NCBI RefSeq assembly: GCF_001194135.2
Contig: NC_068988.1
Location: 84,504,744 to 84,568,743, forward strand
Direction: 5' to 3'
DNA from: Octopus bimaculoides
Taxonomy: Eukaryota
DNA length: 64,000 nucleotides
Shown one piece after another: positions 52,829 through 64,000 of this stretch. The stretch's first letter is position 1, and each line of letters starts with the position of its first letter. The notes under the pieces were generated by a model that saw nothing but the letters and a program-made list of their open reading frames with translations, was not told where the DNA came from and searched no databases. The translations under genes were made by a program, and so were the position numbers.

Positions 52829-55800
52829 TATATGTATAGATACACACATGCACACACATTCAATGTGAAGTAAAAATTAATAAAAATCCCTGGGAAGAGT
52901 AACACAAAAACTACAAAGTGTGACAAATAACACTTGAAAAGAGTATTTACAATGTGAATGGGACATTTCGGATGTTAGTCCTTGAGAAGGAAAAAAAAAA
53001 AAGAGTAACATAAGGAAAGATAAAGAGTCTGTTTGTGTAAATAGTAAAAAATATTTATTTTAAACTAAAAGATTTAAAAAAATTAAATAATTAATTGGAG
53101 GAAGGGGAAGGGTTAAAAACCAAAAGGAGAAAGCGGTTCTCTGAAGCAAGGATAAAGAAGGAAAGTGTGAGTTGGGTGTGTACATGCATATTTCTGAGAG
53201 TTCATGTTTCTGGTGGTGGTGGTGGACATAAAGGCATGGTGTAGGTATGTGTGTTGTGAGAGTGTCTGCATCTGTAGATGTAGGTGTATAAATTTGGTGG
53301 CATTGGTTATTGGGGGGGGGGGATGAGAGTGGTGATAGTGTATTCAGATGTGTGTGTAATTAAGCAGATAAGGTGAAAGCATATGTGTGAGACTGTGTGT
53401 GGCCAAAGGTTGAAGAAGAAGTGGTGTAGGATGGTGTAGAGAGATGAATATGTGTGCAATGTGACCAGCGTTCTTTGTATGTGTGTGTGTGTGTACCTAC
53501 ACTAAAAGCATGCTATAGTGGAAAAGCCTTTTTTGGAGGCATGCAACAGTGAAGCAAAGCCCAAAGGGGTTCGATTTTTAAGTCAGAGGTAAAAAAATTG
53601 AAATAGTAAAAGTCTAAGATGATGAGTAAAGAGTTAGTCTTAAGAACAAAAATAGATTATATATATAAGGGTTGAAGAATGTATGTCCTCTTTATCTTAC
53701 ATAGTTTTTATCCAGAGTTTCTGCTCTTCTAGATGTAACAGAGAATAATGGTTTAGTTATAACTACTATCAGAGCATACAAAAGCATTCCTTATTCAGTA
53801 TCTACTCTATCTTGTATTTGTTCCAGATTTCCTAGACAGCCTGTCTTCACTTGAATTTGCAGAGCTAGGATCCTCTTTGTATGTTGATGGGTTTGTTTGG
53901 TTGACTTGTTGAGAACCCACATCTTTACATTATGTAAAGAGCAGGGAGCTACAGTAGCTGCTGTAAAGAGAATAAGAATTTTTTCTGTTGTATAAGTAAA
54001 ATCAGGCAAATGGCAGTTCTGCTAGCAATTGTATATAGACATAAAGTATTAGGAAAACAGTAATTAAATAGCTTATATTTTAAATTAAATTCTGTTTGCT
54101 TTAAGACAGATTTATTAAACTTATTCTTGTGAAGAAGATAGAATAAGTATGCTGAGAATTACTTATGGTTCAGGTAACTGTTTTCTCAATCTGCTAAACA
54201 ATATGAACTCATGCCTATAGATTTGGTTTGCAGTTTTTTTTTTTTATTTAAAAAAAACAAAAAAAAACTAAATAGCACCATGTCTATTAGTTTGAAAAAT
54301 TGACAGCAGCACTACATCAGCAAATTTGTTAATGTGGCAATGGTGAAATAATCCATGTACATAACTTTTAGAAAAGGGATGCTGCTAAAACTTAGCTTTT
54401 GTATCAAAATTGATTTTAATAGCTGTCTCATGTCATGGATTTGTGATGGGGCATTCTTTGATATTACTGCAATAAAAGTCAAGATAAAAGAAAATACCCT
54501 AAATAATGGACCCTTCTAATGATCATAAGTGATTATAAAAGGAAGTGCATATTTTACTTACTAAAGCCCTTCACTATGTCAAGCATTGGCTCTTAGTAAC
54601 TTTCACCTCACCGACCTCGACTCTGCTATCCACTTTTATAAAGACTAATGTACTGTAACCTTGTAGGCATTCAAGTTGTCCTGTAGAAAACTAACACACA
54701 GTGATCCACAGTAAGACAGGAACTAACAGTTTTGTTAGCCAGAAGCCATTTCCGGTTTTCTCTACAGCTTTCACATCTTTCATTTCTCTGCACAGAGTAA
54801 ACTAACTTCACAAGTTGCATGAACATTGATACATAAATAGATGTGCATCTATTACACTCACAATTGTACATCCATTCATTATCTAGCTTAATGTAGCTTA
54901 CGCAACTGACAGTAACAAGTCATTGCAGCTTAAACAATTTACTGTCACAATTCATTGTAGTTTGCAGTTAGAAACCATTGCAGTTTACAGTTTACATATC
55001 CTTTGACTTTCACTGCATTAACAGAATCCCGACTTGAAATAGAACTCTTAATTCAGTTAGTTTCATATGAAGTATGTATATAAATGAATGAATAATCAAA
55101 ACAGTAACCCATTTCTACCAGTTCCTGTAGAAAGTATGTTTATTCTCTCTCATTTTCACAACAGCAAAATTATTTGCTTTAACTACATGCAACATTCAAA
55201 ATGGATTAGTATTATTTTAAACTGGTTATTTATTGCTTTCTAATAAAAATTTAACTTCCCAGCCTTCTCTACTAACACATGAATTGCTGTTTCATTTTAT
55301 TTTGAATTGCTATTATATATTAGCAAGAACTGCTGTGTGAATTATTTCGCCACTTAGATTGAGCAGGTCTAAACTATGAACTTAAGGAAGTGGAAGATAA
55401 AGAAAGTATATATGTATAATTCAGTAATCTAAAACAAGGATATCAATATATGTAACAAAAAAAATGTCTAAACAACTTTTTAGATCAATTTAAAAATGAT
55501 GGGGGAAATCTTTAAAATTCCAATTTCAATATATTTTAATAAAAATTCTACTTTTATTCTCCATTTTGAAGTTTTTTGCTCAAATCCCACAAGTTTTCTA
55601 TTTCTATAGCTCATGTTCACTGCAATCACCTCCTTCTCTTTGTTTCCCAATGTTCATCATTAAAATTCTTTGTTACCCTCCTCCTGCTCTTGTTTTATTC
55701 TCATTGGCAATATTGTTCATGTTATAGCCAGAAGAACAAATTTTTTCTCTTCTCTATTTTTGTAACTTTCAATGCTTTAAAGTTATTTCACTAATGCTTT

Positions 55801-57255
55801 TGTTTCCCTGTCATATTTCAATCACTTTCAATCTAAGTTATTTTACTACTTATTTATTTTAATGTTTCCTATAGTTATTACAATGTTATTTCAATTTATT
55901 CATTACCATCTTCTGCATTGATGTTAAGAAAAATAATGGTTGCAGGTGGTTGTATATATTTAAAAGTACTTCTAATATTTTTTCTATCTTCTTGAAAATG
56001 TTACCCCCCCCCCAAAAAAAAAACCCCCTCGCATGGTGTAGATTTGTGATGGGAGTGACTACAATTATATAATTCATTGGAAGAGCTTATGTTGTTATAA
56101 GCAACCATACACATACAGGCTCTGTGGTTGTGGTTGACAAGCTGAAATAAAAGTTTATGAAATGGAATTGTTTTAGTGAGAAGTGAAACAGTTACATGTG
56201 TTGTATGTGTAATAATTAGTATTAAATATGAATTAGCAATTTAAACCCCTATAACAGTTTTATCACAACAAAACGTTGGATTATCATGTGTATGGTAAAC
56301 CAGTGTGAATCAAAGCAATGATCTGCATGTTCATTCTTAACATTTTTGACAGAATTGAATATGATATGCTAATCACTGTTGTATTTTGTCTTCAGAGAAC
56401 ATATTGTCCTTCCAGATATGTGTTGACAACACACTTAATTCACTGGCTTAAGGGACATTGAAACACCTGTATTTCAACATGAATGTGTCGCCTCAGTCAA
56501 TGCTCCTCCAAGATCTCTGAATCTAAACAAAACTGGTTGTTTTTGTTTGTAGAATTCAGTGAATAAATTATTTGCTGATGTGTGCTGCTGTTTGTCAAGT
56601 TGATATTAAATTATTATGAGCATGTAAAACAGTGAATATGAAACAATGATTTGAATTAAAATTTAAATATTGAGATTCAAATAATATTTAAAAACCTGGT
56701 AACAGCTAAATGAAGTTAGTTCCTGGTATACTGATAAATGAGATATTTATGCTTGGAATGCCTTTCATCATGAATATAATCAGGTTTGATCTGGGTTTAA
56801 ACAACAACCAAAATCACTTTGAGCCAACAAAGAAGGCCTTTTTGTAGCCACATAACCTCCCAGAAATATCTGTCAAATTTTCTTCACATCACACCCCACT
56901 ATCTTAAATTAGAAAAGAACACATGATAGTGTAGTCCTATATATATGTATATTAATATTATAGTGGGGTAGGCTAGTTTATGAGGTTATCCTGAGTTTCT
57001 CACTCATAAGGGTTTAGCATACAGTGTATCTTCAGACCCCAAACGCTGCTGGCCTGAGACCTCTTTGAAATATGGAGGTGGGGAAAAAAACCATGTTGTA
57101 GGTGCTGCTGTTGTTGGTACTGTTGTTGCTGCTGTTGCAGCAACAGGCACAATAACAGCAGCAACAGGTGCAGCAGCAACAGCAGCACCAAGAACAGCAA
57201 TAGGCACAACAACATTATATGTCTACAGAAGTACAAGGGGTGCACTAGGAACTCT

Positions 57256-57470
57256 CTAAAGCAGTATATTTCCAATCATCTGTCCTCTTCCAGAGTCCCA
57301 GAGAGGAGATATATGACACCGCTGGCCAACCATATCTGGCAATTACAAGACGTAGAGATTCCATACTCGATCACATGGAAAATACTTGAGAATCCAGGCC
57401 CCTACATCAACAAAATGAAATAGTGCAAGTTATGCATTGCTGAATGCATGAGGATCCTTAAATACTCATT
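57256..57470 (+). mobile_element. Penelope-like element, GIY-YIG endonuclease C-terminal remnant
   Basis: In-frame KQYISNHLSSSR..RRYMTPLANHIWQLQDVEIPYSITWKILENPGPYINKMK*CKLCIAEC matches the PLE pattern K.R..NH.SSF......T.LS.HIW.LK......I.W.I.....Y......C.LC..EK. Confidence 0.7.
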
Positions 57471-58370
57471 TGTGCCGGGGTGGGGGGCATCCTGAATTCC
57501 AGGACGGAGATTTTCGGACCATGCTTGCATTTTAGAAAATTTTCTGCTGACATTTTGGAATCCGCATGGCAGTACCACAACCGGAAACCAATAGCCAAGG
57601 CCAAAGGGAGACAATCATTTACCATCATAGTACTCTGGTGACCACAAGATGGTNNNNNNNNNNNNNNNNNNNNNNNNNNNNNNNNNNNNNNNNNNNNNNN
57701 NNNNNNNNNNNNNNNNNNNNNNNNNNNNNNNNNNNNNNNNNNNNNNNNNNNNNNNNNNNNNNNNNNNNNNNNNNNNNNNNNNNNNNNNNNNNNNNNNNNN
57801 NNNNNNNNNNNNNNNNNNNNNNNNNNNNNNNNNNNNNNNNNNNNNNNNNNNNNNNNNNNNNNNNNNNNNNNNNNNNNNNNNNNNNNNNNNNNNNNNNNNN
57901 NNNNNNNNNNNNNNNNNNNNNNNNNNNNNNNNNNNNNNNNCATCCTGAATTCCAGGACGGAGATTTTTGGACCATGCTTGCATTTTAGAAAATTTTCTGC
58001 TGACATTTTGGAATCCGCATGGCAGTACCACAACCGGAAACCAATAGCCAAGGCCAAAGGGAGACAATCATTTACCATCATAGTACTCTGGTGACCACAA
58101 GATGGTAGCACGGCCAAAGATCGATGGACAATGGCAAAGGGAGATAATCACCCAGGGTTTTACCCTTAAAAATGCAGCTTTTCCCCCTTCCTAGTTTAAA
58201 GAGATCTCAGGCCAGCAGTGTTTAAGGTCTGAAGGTTCGCCATAAGGCCAAACCCTTCATGAGGGAGAAACCCTGGGCAACCCCTTAAATCAGCTTACCC
58301 TATTATGATATTAACTGCCTTTACATCTTAGAGTGTGCTTATCCTCTGCATTTATGTATTTCTACAAACG

Positions 58371-58374
<4 letters not shown>

Positions 58375-58446
<72 letters not shown>
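58375..58446. repeat. (TA)n microsatellite
   Basis: Seen directly. Confidence 0.95.
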
Positions 58447-58448
<2 letters not shown>

Positions 58449-58779
58449 GATGCTAAAAAAAGTCTGAGTTGCCTGTGTTCAAATTTATATCTATCTAGTA
58501 AGCAAAGTAGATGCTGTCACTATATTGTTATAGTCAGCTTTGTGAAAGATTTTTTTACACATCAAATGACTCTATGCTAAAATTAATGGACTTTTAGAGA
58601 ATTTTTGAGTTAACCACTCTTGCTATAGATTTCGTTGATGGAAAAGTTGTGTTTTGATTATGCCGGTAATAGCTTAACATATATCTTTAGAAACTTTCAT
58701 GAGGGCCTGAAATTCCTTTATATAATTTTAGATAGATTCATTCACTTAGATGTCTATTTCTTTTACATGGTTTTAGATC

Positions 58780-59035
58780 TTCATCATCACTATTTAAAGT
58801 CTGTTCTCCATGTTGAACAGTTTGACAGGAGTCAGCCAGCTACAAAGCTGCCCAGGCTCCATTAGTCTATTTTGGCATGGTTTCTACAGCTGGATGCCCT
58901 TCCTAACACCAACCACTTTACAAAGTGTACTGGGTACTTTAACACTGTACCAGCATGGGCGCTTTTAAGTGGCACTAGCACTGGCGCTTTTACAGGTCTG
59001 AAGTTACAGACAATGATAACTTTCGGTCTTCCTTT
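58780..59035 (-). mobile_element. Old RTE 3'-end remnant
   Basis: CATCATCAC tail and TTTCTACAGCTGGATGCCCTTCCTAACACCAACCAC shared with the young RTE copies. Confidence 0.75.
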
Positions 59036-60650
59036 TCTCATTAGGAAGTGCATGATTCAATTTATCACCATTATACAGTCTGGGCCTGTCATTCTTCCTA
59101 AGGTGATCCCAAATCCTCCAATTGATCTAGATATAAATATATTAATATTTGTTTGTATCAGAATATTTTGATTTATGTATTGAGAATGTCCCTTGACTTA
59201 CATGTGCGTAGTTAAAAAGATAGATATACAGTTAGAAAGAAAGAGTGAAAATTGCTCATGTTTCACTGCAATACACCAGCATACTACTTGCACATATATA
59301 ATATTGGTTTCAAATTTTGGCACAAGGCCAGCAAGTCTAAGGGAGAAGGTAAGTTGATTACATCACCCCCAGGGCTCAACTGGTACTTATTTTGTCCAGC
59401 GTGCTACCAACTCTGCCAGCCTGCCATTTTATATATAATATTGTATGCTTTTTGTACAAGAGAGGAATTCTTTATTATTTACAGAGATGGCAGCACTCTA
59501 AACTTCTTTCTCTTTTATTAATTTTGCCAACTCATATATTTGAAAATAAAATATCTGTGTACTGCTCTTAGTGAGTCAACCAAATATCTCATGGCCTTGC
59601 AATAATATTGTGTTGGCACAAACTAAAATTGCATCTGTCCTGCAAGTTGCATTCTGAGTTTTTCTATCAACTTCATAAGTTAGTCCCATTAACTATGTCT
59701 CCTGTGATTTCCTTGGTCTGGTGCCTATGTAGTAGTTGATAGACCTGTCAAAAACATTCCAGTCATAATAATACTGATTTTTTTTTCCCCCAGACACATT
59801 ATCAATGTATTCTTCTAAGATGGAATGGTTGTATAATTTGAGGTAGATTTGAATGCTATTTCCAGCACATTGAGTAACAATATGAAGGTATGACTATTGG
59901 CTGTGTAGCAGTTAATGATGGTGCTGCACTCACCAATCTAATTAGTTTAGAACCTGACTAAACTGATACACACCTTACGTTTTCAATATCAAAGTAACAT
60001 TACCTGAAGGTCTTGCAAACTTTGTAGCTTTTACTCTTTTGTCATATCTCTACAATTGACCCCTCTATTGGTTCTACGGAAGGTAAGTTCTCCCTATTTT
60101 ATTTGTAGTCTTACTTCAGCAAAACTTTGTAATGACATTAAAGAAAACAATTTTGACCTGATACAACTCCAATTTGCTAGGGAAGTATTTACAAATAACC
60201 TCAACTCTGAATATTACTTATACTTCAATCTCTATTGGAATTAAATTCAGAATTTTGAGGCAAAGGACTAAATAGACTAAAACTATTGTTTTTAATTTAG
60301 AAATAAAGGTCCCTAGTTTGAATTCAATCTGGGACAATGTACATATCCAAGAATAAGACACTTAATAATGATTGGAGATCAAGCCGACCAAGACTGTGTG
60401 GAAATAAATCTTGTAAATATACACTTTACAGATAAGATTATTAGCCTGAACAATTATGGTCAATTTATAACTGCTAGTATTTACAATCTTTGATGACCTT
60501 TCATGGCAACCGCTTATCAATAAGATAATCAAAATAGCATTTCAAATATTAGGCTTCCTCTTTAGAACTACTTTGAATAGTTGTTGACCATCTATTAGTT
60601 TTACCTTTATTAATGCACAACTCACATATTTAATGCAATAGTTACATACA

Positions 60651-60846
60651 TGTTATGGGGATAATTGTAATACTGGTACACTCCTCCCACTTGATGAGTG
60701 GTATGTGCTTGGTATTATAAGTACTGTCAGTCAGTGTGGGCAAAGAGTACGAAATAGATGGTCATAGATGGTCATGGTCTTACTTGTCTAACTAACTATA
60801 CTACTATATCAGAGTGGGCATTATAATAGTCTAACAGAGGATTACA
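60651..60846 (+). repeat. Putative 5' LTR of the Gypsy element
   Basis: Starts TGTTA, ends TTACA, and is followed by PBS-like TGGTGATGAG at 60851-60860 (CpG-decayed TGGCGACGAG). The second LTR is outside the window, so this is unconfirmed. Confidence 0.55.
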
Positions 60847-62845
60847 ACTGTGGTGATGAGCAATTAACAAACTCACAAGGAGTTATGAAACACACAAAGG
60901 TTTTTTTGTGCAAATTTTACAGTATACAGAAATCATAAAATTATGGATAAATTGTTAGCCGGTTTGTTCGAGTTGTAAAAACAACAACAACAGTAGCAGC
61001 ATCTACAACTGCAAGAACAACAGCAGAAGCAACAACAGTTACTGTTACAGCAACAAACGCTGCAATTGATGAATAGTAACTCATCTAAAAAAACTGAAAA
61101 GATGTTCTCACCAGATTTTGTTGCAAACTTGATAATGAAGTATGAACCAGACGAAGGAGTTACTGTCGAGGTGTACTATAGAAGATACGAACAGATCTCC
61201 AATAAAGAGTGCAAAGATCGAGACGATAATATGAAAATGTGTTTAATCTTACGAAAACTGGCAGCAGGAGAACATGAGTGTTACAGCAATTACGTACACC
61301 TGAAAAAACCTTCTGACATAAACTTTAAAAATACAATAGACATTGTATAACATTTTTAGTGAGAAAAGCTCATTGTTCAATACATGCTGGAAATGTTTGA
61401 ATCTAGAAAAGAACGATGAGGAGAACTACACTACACTACATATGCTGGTAGAGATAACAGAGAATGTGAAAAGTTCAAACTGGACAAATTAATGCCAGTT
61501 ATGTTCAAGTGCCTGATATTTACTTGGATGAACTGCATAAAATAACACAGGAGTAAGAACAAGAATTCTTGCTAAGCTGCAGCAAAACCAAGCTGTAACC
61601 TTACAACAAGTGTCAAAAGAGTGTGAAAGAATAGTAAATTTAAGACACGATACAGAGAAAATTGAACATAAAGATTGCTCCCAAGTGAAACAAGTGTGAA
61701 ATAGGCAGAATAGAAATCAAGTGTGTACTAAAATACAGTACAGACAGGACAAAAATCAGGAAAAAACTCGTGTTTTGCTTGTGGAGGTCTACACCTGAGA
61801 AAAAACAGCCCATTTAAGAAATGGAGTGTTTCTGTGGTGGAAAAATTAGACATGTAAAAGTGCACTGTAAAACCAAGATGACAAAACGTTAGAACAAAGA
61901 AAAAAGAATTCAGAAGATGTTATTGGAAGTAAATGGGTAATATAACAAAGAGGAAATTCATGAATGTGAAAATTAAAAATATTAGAGTAAAAATGCAGAT
62001 ATTGGGAGTGATATGACCATTGTGAATGAAGAAACCTGGAAGTGTATCAGTAAGCCAAAATGTAGTAAATCTACAAAAGTAGCACATGGTGTTATGGATA
62101 AAAGATTGTATTTTGTAGGTGAATTAGTGTGTAATGTGACATTTTGTGACCAAATAAAAACAGCAAATGTATATGTGTTAAAAAATTCAGTAAATTTATT
62201 AGGCACAGAGTGGATGGAACTATTCAAATTGTGGAATATGTCTATAAGTGTTTTGTGTGGGAATATAGTTGGTTCAGTCGAAGGTTCGAATGCAGCTGAG
62301 GGATTGAAAAGGAAAATAAAACATTTATTTCCAGATGTTTTATTGGATGAACTGGGCTGTTGCACAAAACCAAAGGCAAAAATTTTAATAAAACAAAGTG
62401 CATCACCTGAATTTAAGCCAAAATGGAATGCACTGTTTAAGGAACTTGAAAGACTTGAAATAATCGAGAAGATGGACCACTCAGACTGGGCAGCACCTAT
62501 GGTCTATGTAAAAAAGAAAAATAATAAGTTAAGACTTTGTGCAGATTTTTCAACAGGGTTGAAGGATTTACTTAATCTCACGTAAGTACCCATTGCCGAG
62601 ACCTGAGGAAGTGTTCACTAAATTGAATGGAGAGAAATTCTTCTCAAAAGTAGGCCTCTCGGAGGCATATCTACAAATCCAAGTAGAAGAAGAATGCTCA
62701 CACTTATTAACCATTAATACACACTGTGGCTTATTTAAATTTAAGTGGCTTCTCTTCGGTGTAAAAGTGGCTCCTTCTATATTTCAGCAAGTAATAGATA
62801 CAATGCTGGGTGACTGTGATTTTGCTATTGACTATTTAAGACGAT

Positions 62846-63430
62846 CATCATCATCATCATCATCATCGTTTAACGTCCGCTTTCCATGCTAGCATGGGTT
62901 GGACGATTTGACTGAGGACTGGTGAAACCGGATGGCAACACCAGGCTCCAATCTAATTTGGCAGAGTTTCTACAGCTGGATGCCCTTCCTAACGCCAACC
63001 ACTCAGAGAGTGTAGTGGGTGCTTTTACGTGTCACCCGCACGAAAACGGCCACGCTCGAAATGGTGTCTTTTANNNNNNNNNNNNNNNNNNNNNNNNNNN
63101 NNNNNNNNNNNNNNNNNNNNNNNNNNNNNNNNNNNNNNNNNNNNNNNNNNNNNNNNNNNNNNNNNNNNNNNNNNNNNNNNNNNNNNNNNNNNNNNNNNNN
63201 NNNNNNNNNNNNNNNNNNNNNNNNNNNNNNNNAAGCCAGTCCAGGGGCACTGGCAACGATCTCACTCGAAAATCCTACGGGAGCCAGTCAGGCGGTACTG
63301 GCAACGGCCACGCTCAAAATGGTGCATCTCATGTGCCACCCGCACAAGAGCCAGTCCAGGGGCACTGGCAACGATCTTACTTGGCTTGCCGGGTCTTCTC
63401 ACGCACAGCACATTTCCAAAGGTCTCGGTC
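62846..63430 (-). mobile_element. Young 5'-truncated RTE LINE inserted in the Gypsy RT (gap inside)
   Basis: (CAT)7 at 62846-62866; the first ~200 bp are an exact reverse complement of 9572-9771; 3'-UTR repeats continue after the gap 63074-63232; Gypsy resumes CTAATAAAAAGT at 63431. Confidence 0.93.
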
Positions 63431-64000
63431 CTAATAAAAAGTAAATCACATGAACAACACATAGAACACGTTAAAAGGATATTCGTAAAGATTAGAGAAT
63501 ACGACTTCAAGTTAATGCAAGAGAAATGCGAGTTCTTTCTGAAAAAAAAAAAAATAAATAATAGATAAAAACAGATGGAAACTGGATCCATCCAGAGCAA
63601 CTGTGATAAAAAAAATATGCCCACTCCAAATAATGTGACTATGCTACATGCATTTTTGGGTTTAGTTAATTACAATCAAATTTACATTTCCTATATCCAT
63701 AATGTAAGGGCCCTGCTAAATGATTTGCTAAAGAAAAATGCTAAATGGTACTGGACTGATAAGTGCCAGAAGGCATTTGATGAGTTAAAAAAACATTTTA
63801 ACATCAAACTTGAATGCAGTTTGATCCAAAGCTGGATGTTATATTGGCCACAGATGCGAGTGATTACAGTGTAGGAGCTGTGCTTCTCCAGAAATATGAC
63901 GATGGGAGTAAAAAGGCTATAACCTATGCGTTACAAATGTGATTATCAGCTGAAAGGAACTATAGCCAGATAGAAAAAGAAGCGTTAGCAGTCATATTCG

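Larger units (their letters stand above)
60651..64000 (+). mobile_element. Decayed Ty3/Gypsy LTR retrotransposon (gag, protease, RT, RNase H), continuing beyond the window
   Basis: Gag-like FSPDFVANL...YYRRYE..., protease-like DIGSDMTIV, RT WAAPMVYVKKKNNKLRLCADFSTGL, LPRPEEVF, LSEAYLQI, FGVKVAPSIFQQ, split YLDD, and RNase H DASDYSVGAVLLQ...ERNYSQIEKEALAVIF; many stops and frameshifts. Confidence 0.93.

Noticed and set aside
57000-57275. Poly-Q / poly-A,T ORFs (QQQQQQYQQQQH; AAAATAAP)
   Set aside because: Translations of a trinucleotide-like low-complexity tract with no splice or domain support.
57488-58106. 166-bp direct repeat (57488-57653 and 57941-58106, one mismatch) resembling a tandem array or pLTR pair
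   Set aside because: The copies sit exactly on either side of an N-gap, the usual sign of unmerged overlapping contigs or haplotypes. Long reads are needed before treating it as real.
59005-59045. Minus-strand CTAATGA...GAAA...GTC hammerhead-like string
   Set aside because: The core is mutated, stems II and III do not pair, and it lies at the edge of an old RTE remnant.
62593-62892. ORF track lists this 99-aa ORF on the minus strand
   Set aside because: The peptide reads directly on the plus strand (TTG CCG AGA CCT... ending TGC TAG at 62890-62892) and is part of the plus-strand Gypsy RT; the strand label appears wrong.
8996-63568. Long ORFs of 120-280 aa in the track containing X runs or HT/VC/YI repeats
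   Set aside because: They are open only because they cross N-gaps or dinucleotide microsatellites; they are not genes.
1-64000. Search by eye for Fanzor/TnpB-like RuvC, viral or horizontally acquired bacterial genes
   Set aside because: No RuvC or zinc-finger motif set, no long unexplained ORF and no GC-shifted island seen. A six-frame HMM scan would be needed to exclude highly decayed copies.

Overview
AT-rich, repeat-saturated eukaryotic genomic DNA from a draft assembly with eight N-gaps. The SINE/LINE repertoire and microsatellite load suggest an octopus or other coleoid cephalopod; this is inference, not a database match. I see no intact long gene, rRNA, true tRNA or CRISPR array, and most ORF-track entries are artefacts of N-gaps, microsatellites or decayed elements. 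The window reads as long introns of an unidentified plus-strand host gene, with strong small exon candidates at 1532-1588, 21408-21440 and from 28207. It is filled with mobile elements: several RTE-clade LINE fragments (three nearly identical, so young), a BovB-like fragment, a CR1-group RT remnant, a HERO-like RLE non-LTR element (46.0-48.7 kb), a Penelope-like GIY-YIG remnant, four mariner copies, a Helitron 3' end, a Helentron/HINE-like element, a piggyBac-type MITE, at least three tRNA-derived SINE families, and a Gypsy LTR element running off the right edge with an RTE inserted at its YLDD motif. The most notable structures are a local inverted duplication of a LINE-SINE composite bracketing a candidate exon, a perfect 25-bp-stem hairpin at 13144-13229, and a degenerate hammerhead-like motif downstream of the Penelope remnant. 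I found no convincing evidence of a wholly new biological system.
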